A DNA stretch of 64,000 nt, taken from the NCBI GenBank assembly GCA_977017645.1, contig OZ360226.1, forward strand, positions 60,450,001 to 60,514,000, read 5' to 3'. The notes beneath the pieces were generated by a model. That model saw only the letters and a program-made list of their open reading frames with translations, searched no databases and was not told the origin of the DNA. Source of the stretch: Torpedo marmorata. Lineage: Eukaryota. The translations under genes were made by a program, and so were the position numbers. Below, piece after piece: positions 62,201-64,000 of this stretch (positions are counted from its first letter, which is position 1; each line of letters begins with the position of its first letter).

Positions 62201-63125
62201 CACCGCCTCATGTAGATGTCCTCGATGGAGAGAAGTCTGGTGCCTGTGATGTCACAGGCCGAGTTAACAACCCTCTGGAGTTTATTTATGCTGCACATGA
62301 GGCTACTGAACAAGATAAGAGCCCATGGTATAACAGGAAGCATACTAGCATCGTTAGAGCATTGACTGATTGGCATGAAGCAGATGGTCATATTCTGGTT
62401 GGCTATCAGTTGCTAGTGGCATTCCACAGGGGTCGGTGTTGGGGCCACTTCTTTTCATGTTGTATATCAATGATTTAGATTATGGAATGAATAGCTTTGT
62501 GGCCAAGGTTGCAGATAACACAAAGGTAGGTCGAGGAGCAGGTTGTGTTGAGGAAACAGGGAGGCTGCAGAAGGACTTGGACAGATTGGGAAAATGGGCA
62601 GAGAAGTGGCAAATGAAATACCATGTCGGAAAGTGTATGCTCATGCACTTTGGTAGATGAAATAAGCAAACAAACTATTTTCTAAATGGGAAGAAAAATA
62701 AAAATTCCCAGATGCAAAGGGACTTGGGAGTCCTCGTGCTGGATACCTTGAAGGTGAACTTGCAGGTTGAGTCAGTGGTGAAGAAGGTAAATGCAATGAT
62801 GTCATTCATTTCAAGAAGAATAGAGTCTAGGACATGCGGCCACAACTTCAGGATTGAAGGGCGTCCACTTAGAACAGAGATGCAGAGAAATTTCTTTGGC
62901 CAGTGGGTGATGAATCTGTGGAATTTGTTGACACAGGCAGTTGTGGAGGTCAAGTCATTGGGTGTATTTAAGGCAGAAATTGATAGGTTCTTGATTAGCC
63001 AGGTCACCAAACGTTATGGGGAGAAGACCGGGCAGTGGGGCTGAGTGGGAAAAAGGATCAGCTGATGATTGAATGACTCGATGGGCTGAATAGACTATTT
63101 CTGCTCCTATGTCTTATGGTCTTAT
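59230..63125 (+). mobile_element. Long degenerate CR1 LINE (ORF1 esterase + ORF2) with a Rex1 3' fragment (minus, 61884-62288) nested
   Basis: VVHIGTND-like ORF1; YLNACSIRNK, ITESWL, LGDSDH, TNLLEFFEEV; TCTTATGGTCTTAT tail. Confidence 0.85.
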
Positions 63126-64000
63126 CGGCTTCAATTCATCACATTCTGATAATGCTGATCTGCGCTGGATGTGGAGAAATAAATCACACTTATTTGGAAA
63201 CAGACTAAAATGGTGCTGCATAGGGAACAGTTTACTTTCATGTAATTGCAGAATGATTGTTATTGAGTCATGCTGTGCACTGTTTTGCGCATTTTACTGC
63301 GCATCTTATCACAGGATTTTGGCCAGTGCTCGTGCCTTCAAGGATGGAACATTTAAAAAGGTGAATTTTACCTCCAGATGACACTGGAAGTTTGTGGGAT
63401 GACATTAAGTGAACTGATTGGAACAGTGCTGGGTCTATTATCGAGGCAGACATCCAGTTTCCCTTGGAAATCATGATGGCTGAGATGAAAAGATGAAGAC
63501 AGCTTAAAGAAACCCTACAAATTATAGGTAGATGACCTTGCCTAAATCTGTGCCATTGCTACTTAAAAATCTGCTGTAATGAACTGTTCAATTACAATGA
63601 ATGCTACAATGCAATCTTGAGGCACTAAACGAACAGTACAGCTTCTTTCTGTCAGGGCCCGCATCCCTCTTTGTGGCCTTTTGTACAACCTCAGTGTTTG
63701 AGCAGTCCAACATGGTGGCACATTGCACAATGATTGACATTACTTCAACAAGGGCACAACGAGATTTTCCCTCAGTCAAGAAGAAGAAAATTCAACCTTC
63801 TTGATTGGTATCTTGTCTCTGAACAGGCATTTCACTCAGGTGTAATTGGCTGGCTGTAATAAAATAGAGATAATCTTGTATTAAGTCACTCTTCTATCTC
63901 CAATTTATCTGCTGCAGACCACACACACACACAGTCACATACTCACTAACATATACCAATGCATGTACACGCACGTACTCAGATCTGCGCACACTTAAAG

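Noticed and set aside
63109-63804. Possible host exons in the unique terminal region
   Set aside because: The short ORFs resemble no protein I recognise and I could not establish consistent splice signals.

Overview
Eukaryotic, repeat-dense vertebrate DNA. The repeat mix (CR1, Rex1/Babar, AT-rich L1, Penelope, tRNA- and 5S-derived SINEs, DeuSINE-like) suggests a cartilaginous fish; this is inference. I found no host protein-coding exon I can support, so the window is probably intergenic or intronic. It holds three Ty3/Gypsy proviruses with resolved TSDs: Gmr1-like 13784-20437, CsRn1-like 20480-24925 and Mag-like 29010-33134. It also holds four solo LTRs, two pogo DD35D transposons, a near-intact full-length Rex1/Babar LINE, many CR1/L1/Rex1 fragments, a Penelope element with a hammerhead-like motif, several MITEs/SINEs and a 26-bp minisatellite. 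The most notable items are: (1) a very young LTR element whose RT is replaced by an inverted 78-bp copy of its own 3' region and whose integrase tail carries neurofilament-type KSP repeats; (2) a Rex1 ORF leader with a hydrophobic segment, a YxxxxLL eIF4E-binding-type motif and an Arg-rich tract; (3) non-autonomous elements (a 5S-SINE and an 870-bp GC-rich element) sharing the Rex1 3' tail; (4) a solo LTR inserted in the terminal bases of its own family's LTR; (5) a MER2/Tigger-like segment inside a Harbinger MITE. Family names come from motif recognition, not database searches. No wholly new biological system is proven by the sequence alone.
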